Origin: a virus
Strand: one strand, 5' to 3'
UHGV virus genome: UHGV-0143367
Length of the DNA: 39,254 nt
A model generated the notes under the pieces. It saw nothing but the letters and a program-made list of their open reading frames with translations. It had not been told where the DNA came from and did no database searches. The stretch's first letter is position 1; every line of letters starts with the position of its first letter. This document shows positions 9,579 through 18,734 of this stretch, piece by piece. The translations under genes and the position numbers were made by a program.

Positions 9579-9989
9579 TTATTGACCTTCCAGCCCGATG
9601 CGGATTTCGGTTGCCAGCACCTGCAGGATTTTTTGAACGTTGTAATCCATCGCCGGACGAATAAACGGCTTGGCCACCTGTTTTACGGTGCCAAACTCTT
9701 GCGCCAGGGCTTTCATGTGATGGAATTTGCTGGGACCGACACGAAGCGTGACGATCGTGTTATAGCGGGATGTTTCTGCTACGTTGGTGCTGCGGATTTT
9801 GATGCTGTCGCGCATGTGCGGCCCGATGCTTTCCTCATCGAAACCGGCGCTGCTAATCATGTCCAACTGAACGATTTTCATCGCCTCACGTCCAGCATCA
9901 CGTAGCAACTTCACACCCACTTTTTTGTCGATATCTTCCAGAATCCGATCGAAATCCTTCCCGGTCGGGAATTTAATGTTCATCTCCAT
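9579..9989 (-). CDS. Tail terminator / tail completion protein (HK97 gp10-like)
   Basis: 136 aa, synteny between neck proteins and major tail protein. Confidence 0.45.
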   Translation of the reverse strand: MEMNIKFPTGKDFDRILEDIDKKVGVKLLRDAGREAMKIVQLDMISSAGFDEESIGPHMRDSIKIRSTNVAETSRYNTIVTLRVGPSKFHHMKALAQEFGTVKQVAKPFIRPAMDYNVQKILQVLATEIRIGLEGQ

Positions 9990-9994
9990 AGGAT

Positions 9995-10375
9995 TTACTC
10001 TGGAACCGTAAACGTAAAATCGCGGATGAGGCGGTACTGTACGCGTCCGCTGGTCAGGGTGACTTTATCCTGCTGGATGCCACCGCGTTCAACATACTGG
10101 ACCGGATAGCTTTCAAGCTCACCGTGTACCAGCGTTTTCCACTCGTCCCATAACGCCTTATCCAGCGCCAGCATGTGGGTGTAGTCGTCAACGATGTACA
10201 AATTTACCTGCATCCGTACATCACAAAGCCCCGTACGCACCAGACCATCGCCGACCGGTGGATCGGAAATTCGCTGAAACGTGACCCCTTCCTGCACGCT
10301 GTCAGGCAGCAGCAGCGGGTACGCTTTCAGGCCCGTTATGCGCTCCAGCGCAGGTTTAATTGCCAGCTCGATCAT
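9995..10375 (-). CDS. Neck / tail completion protein
   Basis: 126 aa, synteny in head-tail joining module. Confidence 0.4.
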   Translation of the reverse strand: MIELAIKPALERITGLKAYPLLLPDSVQEGVTFQRISDPPVGDGLVRTGLCDVRMQVNLYIVDDYTHMLALDKALWDEWKTLVHGELESYPVQYVERGGIQQDKVTLTSGRVQYRLIRDFTFTVPE

Positions 10376-10700
10376 GGCGCCCGTCAGCCTCCCCCGTGAT
10401 GATCATGCGGTCCGGAAGTCGGTCAACGTTGCGAACGGTATAAACCCGGTCCTTTGTGGCCACCTTCCAGTCGATATCCACTTCACGCGGATAGAGAGTA
10501 AATTCACAGGTTTCGACCACCTGCTGCTGGTCCAGCGTCCGGATTTTCCGTCCTGAAATCAGCTCTTTCTTCGCCCAGGCTTTCCCCGCCTGCACTTCCT
10601 GCGCCGGAAGCGGCTCACCCAGCGGGCCTTCGCCAATAACGATGTAGCTGAACGACAGCCGGCAATTCAGCTCGCCGGGTTGCAGTGGTTTCTGGCTCAT
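10356..10700 (-). CDS. Head closure / head-tail adaptor protein
   Basis: 114 aa, synteny. Confidence 0.45.
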   Translation of the reverse strand: MSQKPLQPGELNCRLSFSYIVIGEGPLGEPLPAQEVQAGKAWAKKELISGRKIRTLDQQQVVETCEFTLYPREVDIDWKVATKDRVYTVRNVDRLPDRMIITGEADGRHDRAGN

Positions 10701-11026
10701 ACTGTGTGCTCCATCAGCGGAAACAGCAGGTAAGAGACGCCAAGTTCTGACGGCGTTCCTTCGCCGGCCCCTGTCGGGTTGAGATACCAGTGGGCGACCA
10801 TCATCTGCATGGCCAGCTGGATATCGTCATCAATCAGGTACGCCGGCTGGCCTTCCGGAAGTTTGTCCAGTTCATCCTGCGATTCTGCCAGGCGACAGTA
10901 ATACGAGCGCTCGATACTGCGACGCGCGGCACCAATCAGGCGCGTCAGCAGATCATCATGCTCGGTAAAATCCAGCTCGAGGCGCAGCTGGACCTTAACT
11001 TCATCCAATGTCGGTTTCATGGTCAT
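10697..11026 (-). CDS. Head-tail connector protein (gp6-like)
   Basis: 109 aa, synteny directly after the capsid module. Confidence 0.45.
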   Translation of the reverse strand: MTMKPTLDEVKVQLRLELDFTEHDDLLTRLIGAARRSIERSYYCRLAESQDELDKLPEGQPAYLIDDDIQLAMQMMVAHWYLNPTGAGEGTPSELGVSYLLFPLMEHTV

Positions 11027-11333
11027 CGTCTCCCCGACGAGGATTCAACGCACGCTTCGCATCTTCTGGCCAGGCTGCAATTTTGCGCGTAACCAGCTCT
11101 TCAGCGTATTCAGCATCGAATGCAGCGACATCAGCGCGCGAATAGCGATGATATGGCCCCAGGAACACAACAGCGCGACGTTCCGGCGCGGATTTCACCG
11201 CTGGGACCACGGTCCCAATTTCATCACCGGTAATCACACCGTCGACAATATTGGAGGTATCAATAATCGCATCAACACCATCAACGGAAGTTGTGGTGTC
11301 CGCGTCTGTTTCTTTTTTAGGTTTTCCAGCCAT
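11001..11333 (-). CDS. Hypothetical head-module protein with an embedded SopB-box palindrome
   Basis: 110 aa ORF between major capsid and connector genes; the motif TGGGACCACGGTCCCA (11202-11217) encodes ...GTVVP... in frame. Confidence 0.4.
   Translation of the reverse strand: MAGKPKKETDADTTTSVDGVDAIIDTSNIVDGVITGDEIGTVVPAVKSAPERRAVVFLGPYHRYSRADVAAFDAEYAEELVTRKIAAWPEDAKRALNPRRGDDDHETDIG
11202..11217. repeat. SopB-box-like inverted repeat TGGGACC-AC-GGTCCCA, identical to the F sopC core
   Basis: Direct sequence match; lies inside a coding region. Confidence 0.65.
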
Positions 11334-11414
11334 GGTCTATCTCCAGCTAAAGTGAATAAAAAAGGCCCGCTTAGCGGGCCTTTTCAGCATCGAACGAATC
11401 ACTATCGCGAACAA

Positions 11415-12704
11415 TTACCAGAGAACGCCGGTACCGAGCGCCAGACCTTCGACGTGACGGAAACCAATATCGTGCTCAACGATAACGCGGATCAGGGACT
11501 GGTTACGGGCGAACGCAGAAACGGTGTTGCCATCCGCATCGATGTAAGTTGCTTCACGCGAGAAATCGACCTTCATGTCTCCCTCTTCACCGATCAGCAC
11601 ATCGCTGAAGTCAGCGAAGTAAATCTCTGACTCGTTACCGCCGGTACCGAGGTTCGCCGGGATCGCGCTGGTACGCTCAATCGGATAGCCCTTCAGCATA
11701 CCGGTGGCCATTTCTGGATAGACCTTGTTCCCGTTGCCATCACGCAGACCAAACAGCTTCATGTAGGTACGGTTGGACATACCCCAGCCGCACTGCAGCA
11801 TGTTGCTGTTGCCATCCATGGTCATCAGGATAAGCCCATCCAGATAGGTGTCGATGTTCTGCAGCGTTGGGTCAGCATCCTTATCCCATGCTTTGAAGCG
11901 TGTCGCAGCGGTCGCAACTGCTTTCATGCCCTTCGGCGTGTCAGCGGTGCCATCATCGCGCAGGAAGGCTTTATCTTCGCGGGTAGCAATACCGCTGATG
12001 ATATCGCCCAGCACCAGCTGCTCAACGGAGAACCCGGCACGACCAATCAGCTGGTTCGACAGCGGAACCATACAGATCATCGTTTTCGCGCTGAGTTTCA
12101 CATCATCAAAGCTGGCGCCGCTGGCTTTCACATCCTTCCCTTCACCGACATAGCTGGCAGTCGAACCACCGGCCAGGCGTGGGAGCGCCAGATTGCCGTT
12201 CGGCAGTGGCACGGAGCGCGCACCCAGCTTACGAACGATGGTGCGGTCGCGCAGCAGCTCGATGACCTCGTTCTGCATGTTGGTCGGAACCAGCGCGCCG
12301 CCAGAACCGGCAGCAGTGCTGATCGCCATCGCGACCTGATTATCGTTCAGTTCCTTAGCGGCAAAGATCTGCGCATCGCCCAGGTTACCACCACCGGCGG
12401 CGATAGCCATAACCATGCGGGTCATGCTCGCGCCCTTGTACTGAGCGGGTTCGGCTTTCACATGAATCTCCGGCGCGCCAGTACCCATTGCGGATACCGG
12501 AACCGCTACCGCTGCTGCGGCGCGTTCTGCCGCTTCCAGACGGGTGATTTGAGCGGTGATATCGGTGAACTGTTGCTGCAGGCTGTGAAACTGAGTCAGT
12601 TGCTCGGCGGACAATACGCCGCCGCCCAGCTCAACCTGAGCCAGAGCCTGAACCTGATCGTTAATACCCGCGCGCTGACGACGTAATTCTTCAATCTGAG
12701 GCAT
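11415..12704 (-). CDS. Major capsid protein, HK97 fold, with N-terminal coiled-coil delta/scaffold domain
   Basis: 429 aa; N-terminal ~100 aa coiled coil then capsid-like body; strong terminator-like hairpin downstream (11360-11395); position after protease. Confidence 0.85.
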   Translation of the reverse strand: MPQIEELRRQRAGINDQVQALAQVELGGGVLSAEQLTQFHSLQQQFTDITAQITRLEAAERAAAAVAVPVSAMGTGAPEIHVKAEPAQYKGASMTRMVMAIAAGGGNLGDAQIFAAKELNDNQVAMAISTAAGSGGALVPTNMQNEVIELLRDRTIVRKLGARSVPLPNGNLALPRLAGGSTASYVGEGKDVKASGASFDDVKLSAKTMICMVPLSNQLIGRAGFSVEQLVLGDIISGIATREDKAFLRDDGTADTPKGMKAVATAATRFKAWDKDADPTLQNIDTYLDGLILMTMDGNSNMLQCGWGMSNRTYMKLFGLRDGNGNKVYPEMATGMLKGYPIERTSAIPANLGTGGNESEIYFADFSDVLIGEEGDMKVDFSREATYIDADGNTVSAFARNQSLIRVIVEHDIGFRHVEGLALGTGVLW

Positions 12705-12775
12705 GATTTTTCTCTCTTTTTAGACATAAAAAAGCAGCCATATGGCTGCTTTCAGGGTGACGCGTAGGCGTCGGG

Positions 12776-13753
12776 TTAAAGTTGGGTCTGCATGTCCATG
12801 ACTGAGGCCCGTAACAGGATTGATTGCTGGGGTTTTCGGTACTTTGCTGCAATCGCGTTGATAGCCGATTGTGGGTCGGAAACTTCATCAGCTAACCCGG
12901 CAGCAACCGCGTCAGCACCTGTATACAGCGCCGCCTGCGTATCGATAACCGCCTGTTGCGCCATGCCGCGGTATTCAGCAACCGAACTGGTGAATACCTC
13001 ATACATCTGGTCGATCATGCCCTGAAACATCGCCTGGGCCTGCTCGCTCAATGGTTCATGCGGCGAGCCGTTGTTCTTGTTATCACCTCGGAAAATCGTC
13101 GTAAACTTCAGACCGATATTCTCTTCCCACTTTGACGCCTCCATGTGCTCCATGATGACGCCAATCGACCCCACACCGCTGGTCTGGCTGACGATAACCT
13201 TGCTACATGCCGACGCGATAAAATAGGCCGCTGAGTAGGCACTGAAATTCACGATAGCGGTGATCGGCTTCACGTCACGCGACTGGAAAATATAATCGGC
13301 CAGTTCTTTACAGCCGACTGCAGCTCCGCCACCAGAGTTAATATCCAGCACGATTTCACTGACGGCCGCATCGTTCAGCGCAACATTAATCAGGCTGCGG
13401 ATTCGCTCGTAGCTGGTCAGCTCCGTACAGGCCGCCGTAATCTGGCCGCGTCGCGGCACCAGGATGCCGTGAACAGGGATCACCGCAATACCACCGGCCG
13501 CCTGCGTTTGCTCAGGCTCTGGGGCATCATCGGCTTCGAACGCCATAGACAAATCCGGAGAACCATTCCCCTGCAGGCGCGGGACCAGAACGGCTTTCAC
13601 CGAGTCCATAATCTGGCGCGTTGCATAGTGCGGAACACCGAAGACCTGATCCGCAAGGTGCGGCAGGTTAATCATTTTTAGTTTCATGGTTTCCACCAAA
13701 AGAAAAGCCCGCTGCTGCGGGCTTGTTTCAGGTACGTGCCAGAATGGCTTCAA
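12776..13753 (-). CDS. Prohead maturation protease (S49/ClpP-like)
   Basis: 325 aa; S49 family-like segments (GGGAAVG, SAYSAAYFIASA); between portal and capsid. Confidence 0.75.
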   Translation of the reverse strand: MKPFWHVPETSPQQRAFLLVETMKLKMINLPHLADQVFGVPHYATRQIMDSVKAVLVPRLQGNGSPDLSMAFEADDAPEPEQTQAAGGIAVIPVHGILVPRRGQITAACTELTSYERIRSLINVALNDAAVSEIVLDINSGGGAAVGCKELADYIFQSRDVKPITAIVNFSAYSAAYFIASACSKVIVSQTSGVGSIGVIMEHMEASKWEENIGLKFTTIFRGDNKNNGSPHEPLSEQAQAMFQGMIDQMYEVFTSSVAEYRGMAQQAVIDTQAALYTGADAVAAGLADEVSDPQSAINAIAAKYRKPQQSILLRASVMDMQTQL

Positions 13754-14990
13754 TCTCTTTCAGCTGTGAGGCTGAGGCTTTGCTGACGCCCTGAATAACC
13801 TTGGCGCTATCCACCATATTCAGCGGTGTCAGGTAGGTTTCACCACCAGGAATAGGCGGCAGATTCTCCATGCGGCGGATATCATTAACCGATAACCAGC
13901 CCCACTGGCGCCCCAGCGCGTACGATTCATAGCGCGATTTCTGGTCCCCTCGCAGCAGCGAGGAAACGTTGAACTCGATATACAGATCCCGGCGTTCGCT
14001 GGGCAGTAGCAGATCGCGCATCATCGCGCTTTCATGTCGCTTCAGCCATGCCAGCAGCGTGTACATCACGTATTGCAGACCCTGGTGCTCGATGTTGTTG
14101 TTGGTCGATTGCTCCAGCAACTGAATCATGTGCGGCGGGACTTTATACAGTCGGCAGATTTCGTTCACCGACCATTTACGCGATTCCAGCAGCTGCGCTT
14201 TCTCGTTGTCCTGAGACAACTGCTTATAGCTCATGCCCTCCTGCAGCAGCGCGACAGAAAACGCATTACGGACGCCGGAATAACGGTCCGTCCATTTGGC
14301 CAGCAGCTTATCAATCGCCTCCTGGCTCTTGATTGCCGCCGCCTCTCTTGGTCGTTCAATAACACCGCTCATTGTCGTGCCGCGCGCAAATACCTGGGCT
14401 GCGTGCTGCTCGACGGCCAGGCCGAGGCCGAGAACATCCGCGTTCGTCTGGATTGGCGACGTGCCGACATAACCGTCGAACGAGAAATATTTAACGTGAT
14501 GCACCATGCGCATCGGCAATGTTTCACCGAGATCGGGGAGATGGTAATAAGGCATCGCGTCCGGGCCTTTCATCACAATGACCTTTTTCGGGTTCACTGG
14601 AATCAATTCCGTCGGTTCACCTTTCCCGTTGCGCTCAATCAGTGCAAACGAGTTGCCTTCAATCCCCAGCGCGCCCTGCTGCTGCTCGTAGTACTCAAAA
14701 GAGGTGTCTTTCTTGTTCGGCTGGGAGTGAATCAGGTCATAAAGCGGGTGATCGGTCGCCCTAATACGCCCGCCTTTTTCATCACGTCGATACAATTCAC
14801 ACGGCAGCTGCGCCACCGACTCCGCCAGAAGCGTCACACATGCCCGGACCGCCGACATGGCCATGGCCGTTTCCGGCGTGATAATGATGCCCGATGAGCT
14901 ACTGCTGGCACCGAACCCACCAAGGACGGTCCAGTCGCCTCGGTTTACTCCGGGTTTTGATGCTCCCCGGAAAAATTGGGGGATAAACAT
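13728..14990 (-). CDS. Portal protein (HK97 family)
   Basis: 420 aa, position after terminase large subunit, typical size. Confidence 0.8.
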   Translation of the reverse strand: MFIPQFFRGASKPGVNRGDWTVLGGFGASSSSSGIIITPETAMAMSAVRACVTLLAESVAQLPCELYRRDEKGGRIRATDHPLYDLIHSQPNKKDTSFEYYEQQQGALGIEGNSFALIERNGKGEPTELIPVNPKKVIVMKGPDAMPYYHLPDLGETLPMRMVHHVKYFSFDGYVGTSPIQTNADVLGLGLAVEQHAAQVFARGTTMSGVIERPREAAAIKSQEAIDKLLAKWTDRYSGVRNAFSVALLQEGMSYKQLSQDNEKAQLLESRKWSVNEICRLYKVPPHMIQLLEQSTNNNIEHQGLQYVMYTLLAWLKRHESAMMRDLLLPSERRDLYIEFNVSSLLRGDQKSRYESYALGRQWGWLSVNDIRRMENLPPIPGGETYLTPLNMVDSAKVIQGVSKASASQLKEIEAILART

Positions 14991-15175
14991 TAGTTGTTCC
15001 CCTTGTTAGCTGACTGACCCAGATATTTAGCCCACATACATGAGCAAAAAACACAGAGAACGCCGCCGGTGATTAGTCCCGCTGCGGGAGAAAATAGCCA
15101 TGCGCCGGCAGAGATCATGACGGCGCCGGCCAGACCAATCAGAAAAATCAGAACCGAGATCGCTGCTGTTAACAT
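14990..15175 (-). CDS. Small hydrophobic protein between terL and portal
   Basis: 61 aa, two predicted transmembrane stretches, tightly packed between flanking genes. Confidence 0.3.
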   Translation of the reverse strand: MLTAAISVLIFLIGLAGAVMISAGAWLFSPAAGLITGGVLCVFCSCMWAKYLGQSANKGNN

Positions 15176-16890
15176 GCCACGTCTTCCTCGTCATAAATGG
15201 ATTTGCCGCCCCCGCCTCCGCCGTTCTGCAGCGCGCGCGTAAGGGCGTTAAACAACGCTGTCGCGCCGTCGATTTTTGATTGTTTATCGCCTTTTGTCGG
15301 GCGAACGACGTCATCGCTGCCGGGAATGAACTTCCCGATAACGTTGCTGATACACCAGGTGAGAATCGGATTGCCGTCGTGGTGGAATCTCCCGCCAGCG
15401 AGCGCCGCTTCCAGCTCGTTCATCGCCGGAGACATGTTCTGGAAGTTCTGCGTGATCTCCACACATTCAACCCCGTCATCCTCCAGTAAATGGCGCAGCG
15501 CTGTCGCGCCGGCGGGGTCGATGTCCGCCTCTTTAATCCTGATTTCCTGCCGCAGATCGAGGATGCTGGCGTGAATCTCACGATAATCAGCCTCGGCGCC
15601 ATCGGTCGCCTCCAGTACCTTCATCGTGACGAATTTCCGGTACCGGTCAGCAGCTTTAAGGTGCTTAGGATCGGTGCTGTGAACTGTATCTTCCGGGACC
15701 CAAAATTTGGGGGCCACGGAGTAGTAGTGCTTCTTGCCCTCAATTTCCCGCGTGAATAAAGGTATGCAGGCGTTCATATCGAGCTTTTTCGCGAGATCCA
15801 GCCCCAGATTGGCATCGTCATCAGTAAAGTCCGACAGCTTCAGCGTCTTATCTTCGGCTTCTTTCCACTGCTCCATATTGAAGAACGCTGCGGCACCGGA
15901 AACCCACATATTCAGACGCTTTGTCTTAAATGCGTTCGTCATACGCGGGACTTTCTTTGCCACTTCCAGCAGCTCGACCAGATCGCTGTATTTCACCGAG
16001 ACATCGAGGTTCGGGTTGGCTTTAATCAGGTTTGCCGGGTCAGTCCAGTCGTCCCCCTGATCCAGCTCGTAAATCATGCCAAACAGTCGATCGTTCGGGG
16101 TGATTTCGTCCAGCGCCTCTTTGACCTCTTTGTCCTTGTCGTAACAAGGTGATTCGAGGTCAGTACCGGCAGTGGTAATAATCAGCGTCAACGGCTGAGA
16201 ACGGGCGCCCATGCCCGTCGTCATCGCCTGGTAAAGACGGTCTGTTTTGTGCTCGTGGTATTCGTCAATGATGGCGCAGCTGGGTGAGTCACCATCACCA
16301 GGGTCGCCGACCACCGGCGCAAATATGGAGCCGTCCGGACGCGTCAGCTTCTCGGTCCAGACTGAAACATCAAACCGCCGGCGCAGCGCTGGCAGCATTT
16401 TTGCTATTTGTTGGGCTGGGGTGAAGACCTTCTTGGCCTGCCTCATCTGCGTGGCGCCACAGTAGACTTCTGCGCTATTTTCGCCATCAGCGCAGAACAT
16501 ATACATACCAATGCCCGCAGAGATAAACGATTTACCGTTTTTACGGGCAACGCGGATGTAGGCTTCCTTAAAGCGTCGTTTTTTGTTGGATTTCGTAACC
16601 CAGCCGAAGATCGAGCAGAAAGCGAAGGCTTGCCACATTTCCAGCTTCAGTTTCTGCCCTTTGAGGTCCCCACTGGAGTGGGGTAGCAGCTGAACAAATC
16701 GACATGCACGTTCAGCTAAATCCCGGTCAAATCGGTACGGATAATCCTTATCCAGTGATTTTTTCAGGTCGTCAAAATGGCGCTGGCAGGCCAGCCGGAT
16801 GTATTTACAGGCGACTATGCTGCCGCTGAGCACATCACGCGCATACTGATTCGCCAGATTGACGTTCGGGTATGCGGCCATATAACTCAT
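15169..16890 (-). CDS. Terminase large subunit
   Basis: ORF-track ORF starts at a TTG directly after the terS stop; more probable start is the ATG for MSYMAAYPNV at ~16890. Size and position typical of TerL. Confidence 0.85.
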   Translation of the reverse strand: MSYMAAYPNVNLANQYARDVLSGSIVACKYIRLACQRHFDDLKKSLDKDYPYRFDRDLAERACRFVQLLPHSSGDLKGQKLKLEMWQAFAFCSIFGWVTKSNKKRRFKEAYIRVARKNGKSFISAGIGMYMFCADGENSAEVYCGATQMRQAKKVFTPAQQIAKMLPALRRRFDVSVWTEKLTRPDGSIFAPVVGDPGDGDSPSCAIIDEYHEHKTDRLYQAMTTGMGARSQPLTLIITTAGTDLESPCYDKDKEVKEALDEITPNDRLFGMIYELDQGDDWTDPANLIKANPNLDVSVKYSDLVELLEVAKKVPRMTNAFKTKRLNMWVSGAAAFFNMEQWKEAEDKTLKLSDFTDDDANLGLDLAKKLDMNACIPLFTREIEGKKHYYSVAPKFWVPEDTVHSTDPKHLKAADRYRKFVTMKVLEATDGAEADYREIHASILDLRQEIRIKEADIDPAGATALRHLLEDDGVECVEITQNFQNMSPAMNELEAALAGGRFHHDGNPILTWCISNVIGKFIPGSDDVVRPTKGDKQSKIDGATALFNALTRALQNGGGGGGKSIYDEEDVAC

Positions 16891-16900
16891 CCATAAAAAA

Positions 16901-16916
16901 TGGGACCGTGGTCCCA
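16901..16916. repeat. SopB-box-like inverted repeat TGGGACC-GT-GGTCCCA at the terS/terL junction
   Basis: Direct sequence match; overlaps the terS stop codon. Confidence 0.65.
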
Positions 16917-16917
16917 A

Positions 16918-17376
16918 TTAAAAATCGTCGAAATCGTTTCCCGCTTCTCTGCCACCTTGCCCCGGATTAGCAACTCTGACCCGGCTGTTCGGGTCCAGTT
17001 TCAGAACGACGCTCAGCCTGATGAGCTGCGAAATGTACTTATCGCGCGCTTTCACCGCGGCGCCCAGCTTCTGGCCGCCGGCAGCAGTTTCATCGCCTAT
17101 CCCGTCGCCTTTGATTTCCTGATTCGCGTCGTACAGCAGCTGCACGGTGTTGCAGTACTCCATCAGCAGGTAGCAATCTTCCATCTCAAAATTTCCACGG
17201 TCGATCATCAGCCGGCAGGTCCGTTTCCAGGCATCGACTGCCATATCACCCAGCAATTCCTCTGGCGGTGAAACGGCGCGAGTTACGGAACTGACCTGCG
17301 TGCCGGCATTGTTCGGTTTCCGGCCTCCGCCAGGAGAGCGCACTCCTGTCGCCATTCGTGCACCTCCATGCATCAA
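16918..17376 (-). CDS. Terminase small subunit
   Basis: 152 aa immediately upstream of terL; Gly-rich N-terminus. Confidence 0.7.
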   Translation of the reverse strand: MMHGGARMATGVRSPGGGRKPNNAGTQVSSVTRAVSPPEELLGDMAVDAWKRTCRLMIDRGNFEMEDCYLLMEYCNTVQLLYDANQEIKGDGIGDETAAGGQKLGAAVKARDKYISQLIRLSVVLKLDPNSRVRVANPGQGGREAGNDFDDF

Positions 17377-18171
17377 TTGCGTTTTCTGTTACGTTAAAAA
17401 TCACCAAAAAAAAGATCTTATTTCCCACGCGTAAAAATCGACTTGAAGCGGCAGTCCTCAAACACGAAAGGGGTTAGGGATTTTCCCCCCCCCCCCTACC
17501 CCCCGGCTGGCGGCGGTTCTGTAGCCGGCCTGCCGGGGTCCGCTGCTCAGGGCGCGCGGGTCGGGCAATGGGTGTGTGGGCCAGGCGCTGATCTTCTGGT
17601 TGCCGTCGGTGCGGCTGCAATTCACCACAACTGGAAGCGCCCTGGCCTCACACCGCATGCTGAGGCGTGGTGGTTGTCCATCGGGTTCAGGACGCTTCCA
17701 TGTTATGAGCTGGCAATAAAAATCCCGGCGTACCGGGATTCGCTCTGCTGACCCTTGCAGTGGGAGACTGGATCACCTCCTTCATTGCGCTTATGGGTGG
17801 CGCACTCATCACAAGGAGAAGGGCACCAGAAAGCTGTGGCGGGTTATCGCCACTCTTTCCCTGAAGGGTGGCCCTTAGAGCTATGCGCCAACGTTCTGAT
17901 GCCCTTATCGCTGTGATGCCGCCACACTTTCGCAGTGGCCGCGCCCATGCCGTGGGTGGCGCTTAGGGTTCGTCTCTGCTCCCCCGCAGCTGTAACCGGT
18001 GCGCTTATCGGCGTTCGCGCTGCCTTACCGGTGCTTCTTTTCTTATTAACCCTCACCAGATGCAAAGCTGGCTCTCTACTCGGAGACTAGGGGGCCGGTT
18101 ACTACCCAGCCATCGCCGCCGTTCGGCTGCTGCGGTCTACCCGCTTTAATGCTTCATCTTCTTTCCCTCCG
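17377..18171. other. Non-coding GC-rich region upstream of terS; putative cos packaging region containing a C12 homopolymer
   Basis: About 800 bp with no convincing ORF; HNH-terS-terL arrangement typical of cos packaging; C12 run at 17485-17496 followed by TACCCCCC. Confidence 0.4.
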
Positions 18172-18372
18172 TCAGTCCAGATAGAAATTGTCATTCAGCC
18201 GGCGACGATTGCCGTTGCTGGCGTTATGGGGGCAGGCATCCGATGAATGCCCAGCGCCACCGCAATATGAGCAGCGTAGGTTGGCACGGCGGGAAGAACC
18301 GCCCCACGTTTTAGGGCAGTTCGCTACGGTATGCAGCTGCGAGCCGCAGTAGGTACAACGGATATATGCCAT
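18172..18372 (-). CDS. Small protein with two tandem CCHC zinc knuckles (CX2CX4HX4C)
   Basis: 66 aa; CTYCGSQLHTVANC and CSYCGGAGHSSDAC both fit C-X2-C-X4-H-X4-C. Confidence 0.5.
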   Translation of the reverse strand: MAYIRCTYCGSQLHTVANCPKTWGGSSRRANLRCSYCGGAGHSSDACPHNASNGNRRRLNDNFYLD

Positions 18373-18734
18373 CAGTTAAACCGCTCCTTAGCTGTCTTCC
18401 GGCGGTGGCATGGCCAGCACAACGATTCGAGGTTGCTATCGTCATCGGTGCCGCCGTGGGCTTTCGGGATGATGTGATCCACACTTTCAGCTTTCATGCC
18501 TATGCCCCGGCGCCGGCAGTCCTGGCAGAGATATTTATCCCGCATCAGAATGCGATCGCGGCGTATCTCCCATGGTCTTCCATACCCGCGATCCTGTCGG
18601 CTCTTCCCTGGCTGGTAATTACGCCAGCCATCACCGGCGTGCTGCTGGCGATGGCTATCGCAATATCCTGATGGGTCGTTAGTGGCGGTAGAGCATCCTT
18701 TGTGCTTACAAGGGCGCTTAGCGCGGGCTGGCAT
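18372..18734 (-). CDS. HNH endonuclease (terminase-associated)
   Basis: C-terminal CQDCRRRG...VDHIIPKAHGGTDDDSNLESLCWPCHRRK HNH motif; start trimmed to internal Met (MPARAKRP) because the longer ORF overlaps the upstream gene. Confidence 0.8.
   Translation of the reverse strand: MPARAKRPCKHKGCSTATNDPSGYCDSHRQQHAGDGWRNYQPGKSRQDRGYGRPWEIRRDRILMRDKYLCQDCRRRGIGMKAESVDHIIPKAHGGTDDDSNLESLCWPCHRRKTAKERFN

Noticed and set aside
14034-14897. 287-aa plus-strand ORF
   Set aside because: Antisense to the portal gene; Arg/Leu-rich with no start context, and the minus-strand portal ORF is clearly the real gene.
15695-15715. Palindrome-like GGGACCCAAAATTTGGGGGCC inside terL
   Set aside because: Superficially similar to the SopB box but the arms and spacing differ (AAAATTT core); likely chance.
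17443-18065. Short ORFs in the cos-proximal region (17443-17751 plus; 17458-17658 and 17844-18065 minus)
   Set aside because: Low-complexity Gly/Pro/Arg-rich translations in a GC-rich non-coding region with no ribosome-binding sites; treated as non-coding.
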